DNA from: Isurus oxyrinchus
Taxonomy: Eukaryota
Length of the DNA: 64,000 nucleotides
Assembly (NCBI GenBank): GCA_026770705.1
Contig: JANJGN010000003.1
Span: 114,886,001 to 114,950,000 of the forward strand
Direction of reading: 5' to 3'
Below are positions 1-12,869 of this stretch, piece after piece. Position 1 is the stretch's first letter; every line of letters starts with the position of its first letter. The notes beneath the pieces are model-generated. The model was not told where the DNA came from and did not search any database. It saw only the letters and a list, made by a program, of their open reading frames with translations. The position numbers and the translations under genes are program-made.

Positions 1-470
1 CTAGATCATATAAAACACTACCAGGTCCTGCACTCATCTGCAAAAATGGTCACTATGCCAGGATTATCCTGGAATGCAGAGATGACCCCCAGCTTCTTGT
101 CTCTGCTGTAAGCTGCCTTCATAGACCCTCTTCCCTGTCTCCTCCATTCTCACTTCCAACAAGTGCGAGGAGCTCATGGATTACTTGGTCATTGAGATTG
201 AGACCAGTGCTCAGCTGTCTCTGCCACTCCCTTCCTCCCACCACCACCACCACCCCCACCCAACATCCTTAGATCCTTTGCTAACTGGGCAAAACTTCCT
301 CTAAGCACCTCCCCCACTCCCTGCCCCCAATCCCAGGCCTGAAAATGACTTTCTGCATTTCTCCTATCCCCTGCAAGCCCAATCCGAGGTTATCTTCTCC
401 ATGAGAGCTACCTCCTTATCTCTCAACTCTATTCCCAATAAACTACTAGTTACCCAACTTTTCTGGCTGG
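1..470 (+). mobile_element. Degenerate L2-type LINE fragment
   Basis: Pyrimidine-rich sequence encoding SLSLNSIPNKLL, similar to the L2 pre-RT motif SCSLDPIPTKLL. Confidence 0.5.
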
Positions 471-474
471 CTAC

Positions 475-2360
475 AAAAGCAAAATACTCCAGATTCTGGA
501 GATCTGAAATAAACAACAGAAAATGCTGTAAATATTCAGCAGGTCAGGCAGCATCTTTTTTTCATATTTGTTCATGGCGTGTGACCATTTGCCAATCCCT
601 AATTGCCTTTGAGAAGGAGAAGGTGAATCACTTCCTTGAATTGCTGCAGTCCATGTGGTGTAGGTGCTGTTAGAGGGGGTTCCAGAATTTTGATCCAGCG
701 ACAGTGAAGGAATGGCAATATAGTTACAAGTTAGGATGATGTGCGACTTGGTGGTGTTCCCATGTGCCTGCTGCCCTTGTCCTTCAAAGTGGTAGAGTTC
801 CCAGGTTTGGAAGGTGCTGTCGAAGGAGTTTTGGCAAGTTGTTAAGTACATCTTGTAGATGGTTCTGGCTGCATCTGTAGGGAGAGAAATAGAGTTAACA
901 TTTTATATCGATGACCTTTCATCAGAACTGAGAAAGGTTAGAAATACGATAGGTTTTAAGCAAGTAAAAAGGAGGAGAGTAGGGAAAAAAACAAAAGAGA
1001 AGGTCTGTAGTAGGTGGGAATACATGAGGGATTAAATGAGAAAAAGAGTTGGTGGTGCAAGGCCCAAGTGAGTGGCAATGAAACAACTGAAATAAAAGAT
1101 GTGTCCAGAGAGATGTGAATTGCAGAATGATGAACAGCTGCTGTCCAAAAGCAAAAATGAGAAAAACAAGTAAAACCAAAACCTCCAAGGAAAAAGGAAA
1201 CAAAATAGGAGCAGAAGTTGTGATCTTAAATTGTTGTACTCAATCTTTTGCAGAAGGCTCTAAAGTGCCTAATCGAAAATTTTAGTGCTGTTCCTCAAAC
1301 TTATGTTGAGCTTCATCAGAACACTGCAGGAGGCCAAGTGCAAAGAGGTCAGCAAGAAAGCAAGATGGAGAATTAAAATGTTGGCAAACTGGAAGCTCAG
1401 AGGCGTCCTGCAAAAGCAGTCGCCCAATTATGTTTGGACTCCCAAAAGTGGAGTAGACCATCCCTATTGTGAGCAGCAGATACACTATAAATGTATTAAA
1501 TTGAAAGAAGTACACAAAAATCACTGTTTCGTCTGGAAGGAGTGTTTGGGGCCTTGGGCAATGAGGAGAGAGGAAGTGAAAAGGCAGATGTTGCATCTCC
1601 TGCACTTGCATAGGCAGAAGAGGGGTTGTTGGGATGATTGGGGAGGGGCTGTTTGAAAAATGGACCAGGGTATCATGGAGCGAACAGTCTGTTTGGAATC
1701 TTGAAAGGGGAACGGAGGAGAGGGGCAGATGTGTTTGTAGGACTGGAACAAGGAATGTTCCACATATGCCACAAAGAGCCCATAGTCCCACCTATTATTT
1801 GGAGGAAGTGAGTGGAGTTAAGGGAGTGTTGTTCAATGTGAAAATAAGTTCAGCCAGGTGGAGGAGGGCAGTCGGGGATATGGAGGCTGATTGGGCTTCC
1901 TTTCATGGAAGAAACAGATATCCCTCAGAGGTGAAGGATAGAGGTGTAGAGAGACTGGATGTCCATGGTGAATAGGATTCATTAGGACCAGGAAACTGTT
2001 GAAGTGAGAGAGGGCATTGGAAGTGTCATGGATGTAGATGGGAAGAGACTGAATGAGGGGAGAAAGAGTCGAGATAGAAATAAATCAGTTTAATAAGACA
2101 AGAACAGGCTGAAACAATAGGACTACTAGGGCAACCCTGTTTGTGGATCTTAGGAAGGAGGTAGAAGTGGGCTGTCTGGTGTTGAGGGACTATGATGTTG
2201 GAGGCCATGAAGGGAAGGTCTCCAGAGGAGATGAGGTCAGTTACAGACCTGGAGATGGTGGCTTGATGTTCAGTGGTGGGGGAGGTAGGAGGAATTGACT
2301 GAGAGTTGTTGTTGACCTCTGCAAGGTAGAGGTTAGTTCGCCAGATGACAGTAACATCCA
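475..2360 (-). mobile_element. Penelope-like element remnant (RT and GIY-YIG endonuclease, terminal repeat region)
   Basis: FYLLPKIHKQGCPSSPIVS (PLE RT) at 2026-2361, CNICLFTSSLLIAQGPKHSFQ leading into GIY-YIG at about 1400-1620, and a degenerate hammerhead at 893-929. Homologous to 47547-48985. Confidence 0.8.
557..863 (-). mobile_element. 5'-truncated LINE 3' end inserted into the Penelope terminal region
   Basis: Same 3' tail as 6100-6300 and 40310-40600. Imperfect 13-bp TSD tcaggcagcatct (544-556) and tctggctgcatct (864-876). Confidence 0.7.
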
Positions 2361-2662
2361 TGCCTGGATGTTACTCTGAAATGCAACATGTTATTTTTTG
2401 ATTCTCTCTCCAGTATTGCAGCAATAAATGCAAATCACCCCCAACTAAAGTACTCACAACTGAGGGAGTTTACCATTGACCTGCTTCTCGGCCTCTGCCT
2501 ATGCTGTGTGCAAGGAAACACTCTGCATTTATGTTAATCCCATCCAATTATAACATATAGAAAAATATATATTTTCTTATAAATTTCAGATAAAAAATAA
2601 AGTTTGTGAATGAGTTTGATAATTCTGCTCTTTTGTAAAAATTATTTGCTTGTACTTTTCAG

Positions 2663-2892
2663 CTCCAGTTTGCAGAGAATGAGAAAGTTCAGTGGGAACT
2701 AGAAAAAACACAACTCCAGCAGAGTCTTGAAGAGAACAAAGAAAGGATGTTGAAATTGGAGAGCTACTGGATTGAGGCACAGACCCTTTGTCATACTGTC
2801 AATGAACATTTGAAAGAAACCCAGAGCCAATACCAGGCTTTAGAGAAGAAATACAACAAAGCCAAGAAACTCATTAAAGATTACCAGCAGAA
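2663..2892 (+). CDS. PPP1R9A: Neurabin-1 coding exon (coiled coil), phase 0-2
   Basis: Acceptor tacttttcag, donor AA|gtgag. Translates [77 protein letters not shown], nearly identical to the vertebrate neurabin-1 coiled coil as I recall it. Confidence 0.96.
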
Positions 2893-2986
2893 GTGAGAAA
2901 TTAAATTTAAAATGCTGTGTTAGGAATAGAAAACTGAAGAGTAGTTTATTGAACCTGAAAACTTTCTGGAAACTTGTATTTTTCAG

Positions 2987-3083
2987 GGAAATAGAATTTG
3001 TTAAGCATCAAGATGCTGAGAAAAAGAAATTTGAAGAAGTTGAAAAAGTACATGCGGCAGAAGTTCAGAAACTTCAGAGTAGG
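2987..3083 (+). CDS. PPP1R9A: Neurabin-1 coding exon (coiled coil), phase 2-0
   Basis: Follows a 94-bp intron. Acceptor tatttttcag, donor AGG|gtaag. Encodes (K)EIEFVKHQDAEKKKFEEVEKVHAAEVQKLQSR in frame with the previous exon. Confidence 0.95.
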
Positions 3084-5104
3084 GTAAGAGATGCCACAGA
3101 ATTAACTTCTTAGTCTACAATTTTTTTTAAATTCTAGAAATAATTCAAATAAATCAAAAATTTGCTTAAATTTTGATGCATATGCCTTGCATTTTTAATC
3201 ATAAACCTTACAGCACCTCTATTCACTAAAACTGTCCTGTATTATGGACTCTATATCCCCAAAGTTCCTTTCCTATCTGCCTCAGGAAAATTAGCTCCAA
3301 GGGTCAAAAGAGAAGAAAAAAAGCCTGAGACCTTTAGCCTTGGCGACCTACTATATTTATTGTTCCCTGGCATTTCTGGGGCTTCCGTAAGAGAAGCAAC
3401 ATGCCTCTGCGAACATCAATTGCAGAAATTATAAATACATGGAAATGAAGGAGGGGGAAGCTAATGGTGCCTCCTGTTTCATTTTTCTTTAGGAAGATCA
3501 GATGGGCACCCATTTGGAATGACTCTCCAAAAAAGCTCTTGTACCAGGGCCCCCTCTGATTGGAGGGTCTTAATGGGGCAAGCAGCAAGGCCAAAGGGTA
3601 AGTGGAATTTTTCCTCCACAGGAACACATTGGATTCTCTAGACTAGAGATCCTCTGTTCTTGCACAGCACTCAGAAGATCCCACAGTTGGCAGCCATTGC
3701 CACTGTTACCACTCTAAGGGCTGCAGCAGCAGCTGGCTTTCTATCCTTGCTTCTGGGTGCAAGCCCCTGGCAGAATGGGGCTATGCTGGAGGACATACTA
3801 ACGATATGAACACAAAAATCAAGTCAGGTTCAGGTCAAGCATTTTAGGTGTACCTGGCAGGAGTGGGAATGACAGGAAGGCTTGACAACAGCTAAGACAA
3901 TTTTTTTTCTCATGTCCCAGCTTATACTTTTCTTTCTTTGTTGAAAATTGTCACCCTCTAGTCCATTGGCCCAATTCCCATTTTCAAAGGTTTTTGGAAA
4001 ATATTGGTTAGTATCCCAACCTCCTTCGGTATTTTGAAATTCACAACATTACAGTACGGGGAGTTTTCCATTTTTTATCCTATTAATTTCTTACTATATT
4101 GCCGTTTTGACTGCTCATCTCAATCATTGCCCTTTTACATCTGTCAGATAGTGCTACAGTCCTACTTTCACCTTCTTTCATAAGAACTGAGGCAAAATAC
4201 TTATTAAGCATCTCTGCCATGATAATCACCTTCATCTCTAAGCAATCTCACCCTTGCTTTAATTATCCCTTTCCATCTTATATTTGCATACTTATTATTT
4301 TCCTTTACATTGATTGGAAGCACTCTTTCATACTTCCGCTTTGCCTTCCTAATTATTTTCCTTTACTCTCTCAATCATTTATATCTTTTTTTTTTCCTAT
4401 TTTATCCCCTGTATGGATCATGTGCCTTTGTAAATCTTATTTTTTGCAGTAGTATTTCTATTTATTCACGAAATTTGTGCTTTTAATGTGCCACTGTATT
4501 CATAGTGGGATCATAACTGTACCTTATCTATCTCATACTTAAATATTTGTTTCCCACTGCTCTTTAACCTATAATTTTTTGCCAACCAGTTATATCTGTA
4601 CCAGGTTCCTTTCATAACATTGAAATTAGCTGATTTTTAGTCCAGTATTTGTATCTTGGGTTCGTCTCCTCCTTTATCTGTTTTAAATGTGAACATAATT
4701 AAGGTTTGACTTGTATTTTCCAAGTGCTCTCCTATCTTCAGATCACTTAACTTGTCCTGCATCTAATTTTGGACGTGCTAAATATTTTATTTTAGTTGAA
4801 TATGATTTTGATTTATTTAGACTATGAAATATAATCTCACTCGTTAAAAAGAAGCTATATATGTGTTTTCAATTCTTTGACATCAAAGAGGCTGTTAAGA
4901 CTGCGCTTAAAAAGTGTTAAAATAGCATGATAGCATCATACAAACCCTGATGTTTCCAACCTTTTAACAAAGCTTAATAAAATTTTAAGTAGATGTAATA
5001 AAAATTGAGTATGGTTTAGAACGTTAAAATTTCCTCTTAGAGAGTTCCATACATGTTTGTATTTTTACCTTAGTTCCAGTTGGGGATAAGTGCCCGGTAC
5101 AAAA

Positions 5105-5405
5105 GCAGCTCTCTAGAGCAGAGAAGGTTCAGGGGAGATTTGATAGAGGTATTCAAAATCATGAAGGGTTTTGATAGACTAAATGGGAAGAAACTGTTTC
5201 CAGTGGCAGGAAGGTTGTTGGCCAGAGGACACAGATTTGGGATGATTGGAAAAGGAACCAGAATGGGAGAGGGGGGAGCTTTTCTTTGTATGAAGAATTG
5301 TGGTCTGAAGTCAGTGGAAGAAGATTTGGTAGTAACTTTCAGTGGGGGGGCTGTTGGATGGATGCTTGAAAGGGGATAAATATGGCATGGGAGTTAGACT
5401 AATTG
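5105..5405 (+). mobile_element. CR1 LINE 3' fragment
   Basis: SLEQRRFRGDLIEVFKIMKGFDR is the canonical CR1 ORF2 C-terminus. Confidence 0.75.
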
Positions 5406-5424
5406 GATTGAAAACAGGTTTTCC

Positions 5425-6305
5425 CCATTGATGTTTGCTAATGATTGTACATGCTGTCAGTACCATTCGCAACTCCTTAGATAATGAAACTGCCTGCACT
5501 CATTCAGAGCAAGACCTAGATAACATTCAGGCTCGGACGAATAAGTGGCAAGTAACATTTGCATCAGACAGGTGCCAGGCAATAACCATCTCCAGCATGA
5601 GAGAATCTAACCATCTCCCTTGGACATTCAGTGGGATTACCATCGCTGAATTCCCCCTCCTGGGGGATGTTCACCATTGGCCAGAATCAAACTGAACCAG
5701 CCACCTGAATACTATGACTAGAAGAGCAGACCAGAGGCTGGATATTCTGCAGCATGTGACTCACCTCCTCACCCTCTACATTTTCACCATCTACAAGGCA
5801 CAAATTGGGAGCATGATAGAAATGCCTGGATGAATGCAGCTCTAACAACACTCGAGCAGCTCGGCAGCATCCAAGACCAAAACAGCCTGCTTGATTGGCA
5901 CCCCATCCACCACCTTAAACATTCACTCCTTCCACCACTAGCACACCATGGCTGCAGCACGTACCATCTGTGATATGTACTGCAGCAACTGGCCAAGGCT
6001 GCTTCAGCAGCGTCTTCAAAACCCAGGACTTCTACCACCTGGAAGAACAAAGGCAGCAGGAACATGAAAATGCCACCACCTGCAACTTTCTCTCCATGTC
6101 ACACACCATCCTGACTTGGAATTATATCATCGTCCCTTCATTGTCACTGAGTCCAAATCCTGGAATACGTTACCAAACAGCACTGTGTAAGTACCTTCGC
6201 AACATGGACTGCAGCAGTTTAATTAAGTGGTTCACCACCACCTTCTTGAAGGCAATTAGAGATGGGCAATAAATGCTGACCTTGCCAGCGAAGTCTACAT
6301 TTCAT
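5425..6305 (+). mobile_element. 5'-truncated copy of the tRNA-headed LINE family (RT end and 3' tail)
   Basis: EQDLDNIQARTNKWQVTFASDRCQ, and tail ggcaattagagatgggcaataaatgctg shared with 28330-29149. Confidence 0.75.
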
Positions 6306-6965
6306 TTTTTAAACTAATTTTTTAAAACCACCTCCGTCCCTCTGTTTCCACTGCATACGATTGGAAGCTGCCTGCAATATACCCATGATCCCCCACCCTG
6401 CGTAATATCAACTGCAATCATTCCATTGGTCTTGGTACCACATGCTTTCCTGCATATAAGCCAACCAGGGCTGCCAGAAAGAAAATAGTATACACAAGTT
6501 TAAATTGGGTCCTGCAGTTAAATTGAGCAGAACTTCTGGGAAACCCAGACATTATATCTCCACCCCTCCACAAATGCATCACCACCACTCACTCCCTATA
6601 AATATCGAGACCTATGATTCTGTAGGTAGGGGAATGATATTTTCTGAAACATAAATTATTCCACACCTATTTTCAGACCTATTAAGTTACCCTCTAAAAG
6701 AATTAGCCTTCTTAATAATTTTAAGCCAGAAATTGGCAAAACTTCTGACAGTGGTAAGTGGATTTGCAGTTAAGGGAAGAATAGTTTGTAGACTATGATT
6801 GCTTGTTTTGAGGAGAATTAATAAACAATGTAATGTCTTGCAAAGGGATGTTAATGTTATCATAAGCTCCTCACTTCCTTGTTTAATAGGTTAAACCAAT
6901 TAACCCAATTTGTTTATGGTAATTCTATCTATTTTAGCCTTGATTTTTAAAAAATCTCTTCCTAG

Positions 6966-7158
6966 ATTGCAGAACTGAAAGTCGAACTTCAAAAATTAAC
7001 AAGGACCAATGGGACTCAAGTGAACAACAACAACAACATCTTTGGAGAGGAGCAGGAAAGGAAAACATTGTTCATGGAAACAATGAGAGACCCTCCACCT
7101 AAAGCTATTGATAGGTTGACAAGAATGCAGGAGTACAACCTTGATGGTTCAACTGAAG
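6966..7158 (+). CDS. PPP1R9A: Neurabin-1 coding exon, phase 0-1
   Basis: Acceptor tctcttcctag. Encodes IAELKVELQKLTRTNGTQVNNNNNIFGEEQ...LDGSTE; the NGTQVNNNNNIF motif is typical of neurabin-1. The donor GAAG|gtgggg was chosen for phase compatibility and is less certain. Confidence 0.88.
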
Positions 7159-7344
7159 GTGGGGAGATCTGACATAAGTAAAGTATACTTATGCTTTTTA
7201 ATCCTTCCTAGTTTGATTTGGGGAAACTGTTCACAATATCCTTTATTGTTGGATGATCCGTCATTAGACATAAAAGAGAATTTTCAATAAAAATGTACCT
7301 TTTGAAAACTGCTGCCTTTACAGCATGCAGATTTCTTTTGCATA

Positions 7345-8226
7345 CCATGAAATAGTTGTGCAACAAGCAGAGTTTAGGGAGCTAGGAAGGAAATTAGCAA
7401 ACAGGACCTTAAAGGTGGCAATCTCCAGACTACTCTCTGTACCACATACATGTGAGTATAGAAATAGGAGGATGGAGCAGGTGAATGTGTGGGCTGGTAT
7501 GGGAGGGAGGGCTTTAAGTTCCTGGGTCATTGGGACCAGTTTTGGGGGAGTTGGGACCTGTACAGGCGCAACAGGTTGCCCTTGAGGGGCTATTTGCAAG
7601 TGCTATTGGGGAAAGTTTAAACTAACTTGCAGGGGTGTGGGAACCAGGAAGTATTATGAGATAGCAGTAGCGTTGGAAATAGTAAGGTATTATGTGGGGC
7701 CAGAGTAAGAGGGAACGTAACAAGGTCTAAATTAGGGTTACTGTGCATGTATGTGAATGTATGGAGTGTGGAAGATGAGGTTGATAGCTGCAGCTATAGA
7801 TAGCCACAATGGCGGCGATAATGGAGACCTGGCTCAACAAAGGGCAGGATTGGGTACTAAATATTCCTGGATACCACGTGTTCAGGAAAGAAAGGTGGAG
7901 GGGTGACAGTATTCATTAAGGAGAACATTACAATGCTGGAGCAAGAGGATGTCCCAGAAGGACAAGGACAGAATTTATTTGTTTAGAGTTAAGAAACAGG
8001 AGAGGTACCATTACATTGCTGGGTGTATTCTGTAGGCCACCAACTAGTGGGAAGGATGTAGAGCAACAAATTTGCAAGGAAATTACAGAGAGGTGGCAGA
8101 ATTATAGTGTGATTATAATGGGAGTCTTTAATTAGCCTAATAAAGACTGGGATATTTATAGTGTAAAGGGCAGAGTGGGGGGCAGGAGTTTCTAGAGTGT
8201 GTTCAGGAGAATTTTCTAGATCAGTA
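7345..8226 (+). mobile_element. CR1 fragment (end of ORF1 esterase and ORF2 endonuclease)
   Basis: EFRELGRKLANRTLKVAISRLL, followed by endonuclease-like ETW, GYHVFRK and YRPP remnants. Confidence 0.7.
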
Positions 8227-8227
8227 T

Positions 8228-9270
8228 GGGCTGGATTTTATGCTGAGGGTGGGCTCCCCGCACACCAGCGTTAATGTTGGGGATGAGCTCACCTCCATTT
8301 AGCTAGCTCACCCCTCTTTAATTTTTCAGGCAATGGCCCTTTAATTAGTTTGAGGCAGGATTTGTCTCTGCCTCCAGGAAGTCCAACCTTACAGAGCTGC
8401 TGGCTAATCGGAGGCCAGCAGAGCCAATCAGTAATGGTGGCCACTGCTGGTACTGCAGTTAGGGCAGTAGATGAAGCTCAGCAATGGACTTCGACATTGA
8501 GCTGAGTCTGAAATTTCCCCAGGGCCTGGCTGACAGGTCCCAGCGAGGAGGAGTGAGGGGCATGTTGGACAGGGCGGTGGGGAGGATGGACATGGGGAAG
8601 CAAAACTGTGGGAGGGGGTGTGTCCAATTGACCCAGAGGGCCCTGGGAAAGGGGAAACCACCTCCCCACTCTGCCAAACCCCCAGCCTTCGCTGAGAAGC
8701 AGCCTGCAGGGTTAAACCTGCTGAGCTAGGCGTTGGGCACAGGCCTCTCCTGCTACCTGTTATCAGCGAGGTGGCAGGATGAAGCCCTTAGTTGGCAATT
8801 AATTTGGGCCACAGGCAGGCTGCCCATCCACTACCATTCCTGCTGTCCATAAAATTGTGCCATGGGTGGGTGGACCGGCGACAGGTTTGTACCAATGGCA
8901 CGGCACCCTAATTTATGGGTCCAACTGCTCAGCAGCATCACCAGGAGCAGTAGCCACAGGTAGACTAAAAAAAATTTTTGTAAAATTGAGCAGCCAAATA
9001 GTGGAGGCAAAAACCCGCAGGGATATCACTGAGGCCACGGGGGGGGGCTGCCTTTGCTGCCTGCAGCCCACACAAAGTGATCACATAAAAAATCCTTCCC
9101 AAGCTGCTGCTGGGAGGCTGCCTCCACTTAGCTGAAGGCCTCTCACAGGGTGGAGGGGTTGATCCTGCTGACAGTCTCGTAAAATGACCCTTAATAGGGC
9201 CTTTGGACATTTAAATGTCCAATCAGCAGCCTTCCCAATTCTGGTCTCGCCATTGGTAAAATGCACCAGC
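8228..9270. mobile_element. GC-rich MITE or non-autonomous DNA transposon cluster
   Basis: Begins with GGGCTGGATTTT, the TIR-like motif seen at other MITE ends in this window; AAAAT-type right ends near 8851 and 9258. Boundaries uncertain. Confidence 0.4.
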
Positions 9271-9299
9271 AGCAGAATATGGTGGGGGAGCCGATCCAC

Positions 9300-9631
9300 G
9301 ACTGGACGTAATCCAGAGGCCCAGGCTAATGTTCTGGAGATGCGGGTTCAAATCCCACCCTGGCAGCTGATGGAATTTAAATTCAATTAATTAATAAAAA
9401 TCTGTAATTGGAAAGATAGACTCAGTAATGATTACCATGAAACTAGCATTGATTGTCATAAAAACCCATCTGGTTCACTGGTGCCCTTTAGAAAAGGAAA
9501 TCTGTTGTCCTTACTTGTTCTGCCCTTCACTTGACTCTGGATCCATAGCAATGTGGTTGACTCTTATTCCCCTTGACAGGAGTTAAGGGACAGGCAACAA
9601 ATGCTGGCCATCCCATTGAATAATAAAAAAA
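9300..9631 (+). mobile_element. tRNA-derived SINE sharing its head and 3' tail with the LINE at 26316-29149
   Basis: B-box GGTTCAAATCCC at 9345-9356, body matching 26400-26620, and tail ggcaacaaatgctggcc...gaataataaaaaaa. Confidence 0.75.
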
Positions 9632-10084
9632 GGTAAAACAAAGAATAAAAAGCAGCACATTCTCCCTCTTCAGAGTTCCCACTTGCACCAAGGTGTTATA
9701 TAAGCACAAGTCTTTTTTTTCATTATGTTTAACATGTAAAACTTGAGAGTACAGGAAACCCTATAAACTCTGTTGAGTTGAAATTTTGTGAGAATTGCAA
9801 TGCAATTATGTGCATGAGTGATAAGATGTGGGTTTGTGCTGCATTTTCATATGTGTTCTGATTCTTGTCCTGCGTCATCACCCACGACACAGTGCAAAGC
9901 CCAAGTGTTTCTGCAGAAAATCTAAGGATATTCACAGTGTGTGAGACCTTGGGTGATGGGGGCATTAGCAATATTGACATGACCTAGGAGTAATATATAT
10001 ATATTTTAAATAAACTAAAGGTTTAATGTTTTTGAATAATATTTAGAAATTGTACTTCATTCCTTAAGGATCTTTTTTTTGTAT

Positions 10085-10765
10085 TAAATCTTGTCTTTCA
10101 TCTGTCTACATTTTGACAACGAACAATCTTTTTCCACTGATTTATATTGTCTGTTACCCTCATTGCCTTTACCATAGAGAGGCCAGTCCATGTTTCTGAT
10201 GTTATCCAGCCATACCATCTTGAGTCTTCCTTGTGCACATTTTCCAGGTGCTTTGCCTTGCATTACCTCTTTTTCCAAACACTCCTCTCCAGTTCGCATC
10301 ATGTGCCCAAAATAAGTGAGCTTACTTGATACCACTGCCTCAAACAAGTTTTTCTTAAAACCAGCTTTCTAGAGCACCCTCTCACATTAATATCCTTCTG
10401 ATACTCCTATAATTTCAAACACTTGTATTTGAGCTTCCTCACTCTTCTTCATGGTCCAACTTTCGCAGCAACACGTTGTCACCGGCTATACAAGGGCTTT
10501 CAGAAGACAAATTTATGTTATAATTGAGGTGCTGTGGCTACTCCAGACTCTTAAATGAGTTCACAACGCCATAAGTCTCGCCCAAATTTCTTTGGTAGTC
10601 TCTGCATCTTCCATGATGAGTGACTGAGATAGGGGAAGGTATCAACCTGTTCAAGCTAAACTCTGTTAATCAAAATCTTGTAGTCTTTCCACCCATCCCC
10701 ATCACCTTTGTCATGTTGACATTGATCAGGAGACTTTGGACAGAATCGTCCCAGATTTGCACTAA
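10085..10765 (-). mobile_element. RTE-clade (BovB-like) LINE 3' fragment
   Basis: LTYFGHMMRTGEECLEKEVMQGKAPGKCAQGRLKMVWLDNIR matches the RTE ORF C-terminus. Confidence 0.75.
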
Positions 10766-10774
10766 TTGTGGAAG

Positions 10775-11905
10775 CAGGTGTTTTACCCGCCGGCCGCAAT
10801 GGGAGGTTTTCATGCATCCCGAACTCGCCACATTATTTAGAAAACATGCCATTTCCATGGCGGGTGGACTCTGATTCGCCTGCCACGCCGTCATCTCACA
10901 GCTTCATCATGCCAGGCATCACATTTAAAATGCAGCTGTACTCAGTGCTTCCAGCCCAGAACTGCAGCAATGAAGATATGACCACAAAAGGCAAGAAGAC
11001 TGCAGCCCTTGAGCGGCCTTTGGATGCTGTGGAAGCCCGTTGTGTTGCCCTCCATCTCCGTTCTAGCTGCAGATGGCGTAGCAACAGTGGTGACCTGCGC
11101 CAGTGCTGCACAGAAGAGGTTGGCCATCCAATGCAGATAGAGGACAAATGATCTCATCTGTGCAGCCAGGGTATGGCAACCATCTCAGCACTCTAAACTC
11201 ACATATTCAAGCCTGTCATACATTCACTGGCATCTCACTCACTGCCAGCTCAAGGGACATCACCACCATTTTCACATATCCATCTGGCCTCATCTCCTCT
11301 GGAGACTGCCTCCACCACCATCTTGAGCCTACTTGCACAGATCAACATGTGTCCCCACACTCACCCTGGGATACCCCCCCTTCCTCAGCCTTGCCTGAAG
11401 CCACTTCTCCCCCTTCCCCAAGCAAATTCTCACCCTGCAGCCATTGAAAAGCCACCCCCCACCTTATGGCTGGTCTAGTAAGTGGAGACATGCCTGTGAG
11501 CCCCCCGAAAAGTAATGTGCGGCTGCCTGCAAAGCCTTGCACTGATGACCGCGTGTGCTGCCCAAAGCAATGGAGGCAGGCAAACCGCAAAGTCCCGAGT
11601 GAAATGCAGCTCGCCAAGTGCACATAGTTCCATTATGAAACATGATTATGCTGACGTGTCCAGATGATCCAGCATAGGGGGGGGGGGGGTGATTCCAGCA
11701 GGCAAGCAAGATGATAAGATACAAATGCATTGAAATTAAGTTCCCAATGTTGGAGGGCAGGAAACGCAGCCCACCATTGATGGACAGAATGGAGATCACA
11801 AACTGGTTTCACAACAGCGTAAAACCAAATTTTGGCCTTCTCGGCATATTGTCCGCTCACAACCACCATGAAGTTCGATGCCGACGGGAAAGAAAAATTC
11901 TGGCC
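10775..11905 (+). mobile_element. PIF/Harbinger derivative with a Myb/SANT-like exon remnant
   Basis: Peptide LERPLDAVEAR...KRLAIQCR*RTNDLICAAR followed by gt. Right TIR AAAATTCTGGCC followed by TTA. Confidence 0.65.
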
Positions 11906-12869
11906 TTAGCCAGCTATACTGCTCTGATAGGAATCCTGTACATGCTTTCCCATTTTCATTTGGAAATATACATTTTGGTCGTTTAGGATGTGAAATTGTC
12001 GAAGCCTCTAAATTTTTAAAAATATTGTTATGGGAGATTCAAATGAGCAGAAGCTTTAAAGAAAGAAACCAGGTTAAGTTGATATGAGTGAGTCATTTCT
12101 AATCTTTATATTTTGTTCTCTGTAATTTGTAAGTTGACTTCTAGCAAGCAAAGCACCAGCATGCATATGTGCAATTCCAGTTGGTTAATTAATCAATTAA
12201 TATTTTTGGCTTAGATTTCCTTAAGTAAGATGATAGTGCATGGATGTGGTTCACAGAACTCCTATTATTCCTTAATTCTAGCCATTTAAGTGTAAGTCAT
12301 TTTCTTTGTTGTTCTAGTTCAGTACATTTCAGAAAAGCTTTCTGAAAACTATACTTGCAGAGATTTTAGGAGTACCCAGTAAATACAATCTGTACAAGCC
12401 CTGTTAGGAGGAGTAGTAAGTTGTATACGTGTGAGTAGGACGTTGCAGAGGAACATAAATAGATTAATTGAGTGAGCAAACTGACACGTAGAGAAGACAC
12501 ATTGGGGAAGTGTGAGGTCAGACTGGTTGTTAATAAAGAGAAAAGCAACTTGAAGAAATGAAAAAGCGAATCAAATGGAGATAACCAAGTGCCAGAAACA
12601 CAGACTACTACAATATCAACACCAAGCCAACAAAGTCAACCCAAAGCAACTGAGACCACCATTCCTCCAAATGTGACTAAATGAGATCTGGAAGAATTGT
12701 CAAGCTCCCAGGCTGTCTGAATTTATAAAGTCAAAGCCTTAGGAGAGGGGCGGGCGGCAGTAGGAGAAGGGTAAGGACGTTGGGGGGGAGGTGTGGTAGA
12801 ATAGTGTTTGTCAGAGTAAGGGTTAATGTGGGACAGGAGAACTGGAAGAGCCCATGGAATGACGTAGAG

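Noticed and set aside
2663-3083. Spinophilin (PPP1R9B) instead of neurabin-1
   Set aside because: Downstream exons (NGTQVNNNNNIF, EAVPETERLDSK) are neurabin-1 features; spinophilin ends soon after the coiled coil.
12550-12720. Coding-looking A/C-rich patch (SESNGDNQVPETQTTTIST...) as an exon
   Set aside because: No convincing acceptor-donor pair, an in-frame stop, and a position between transposon fragments.
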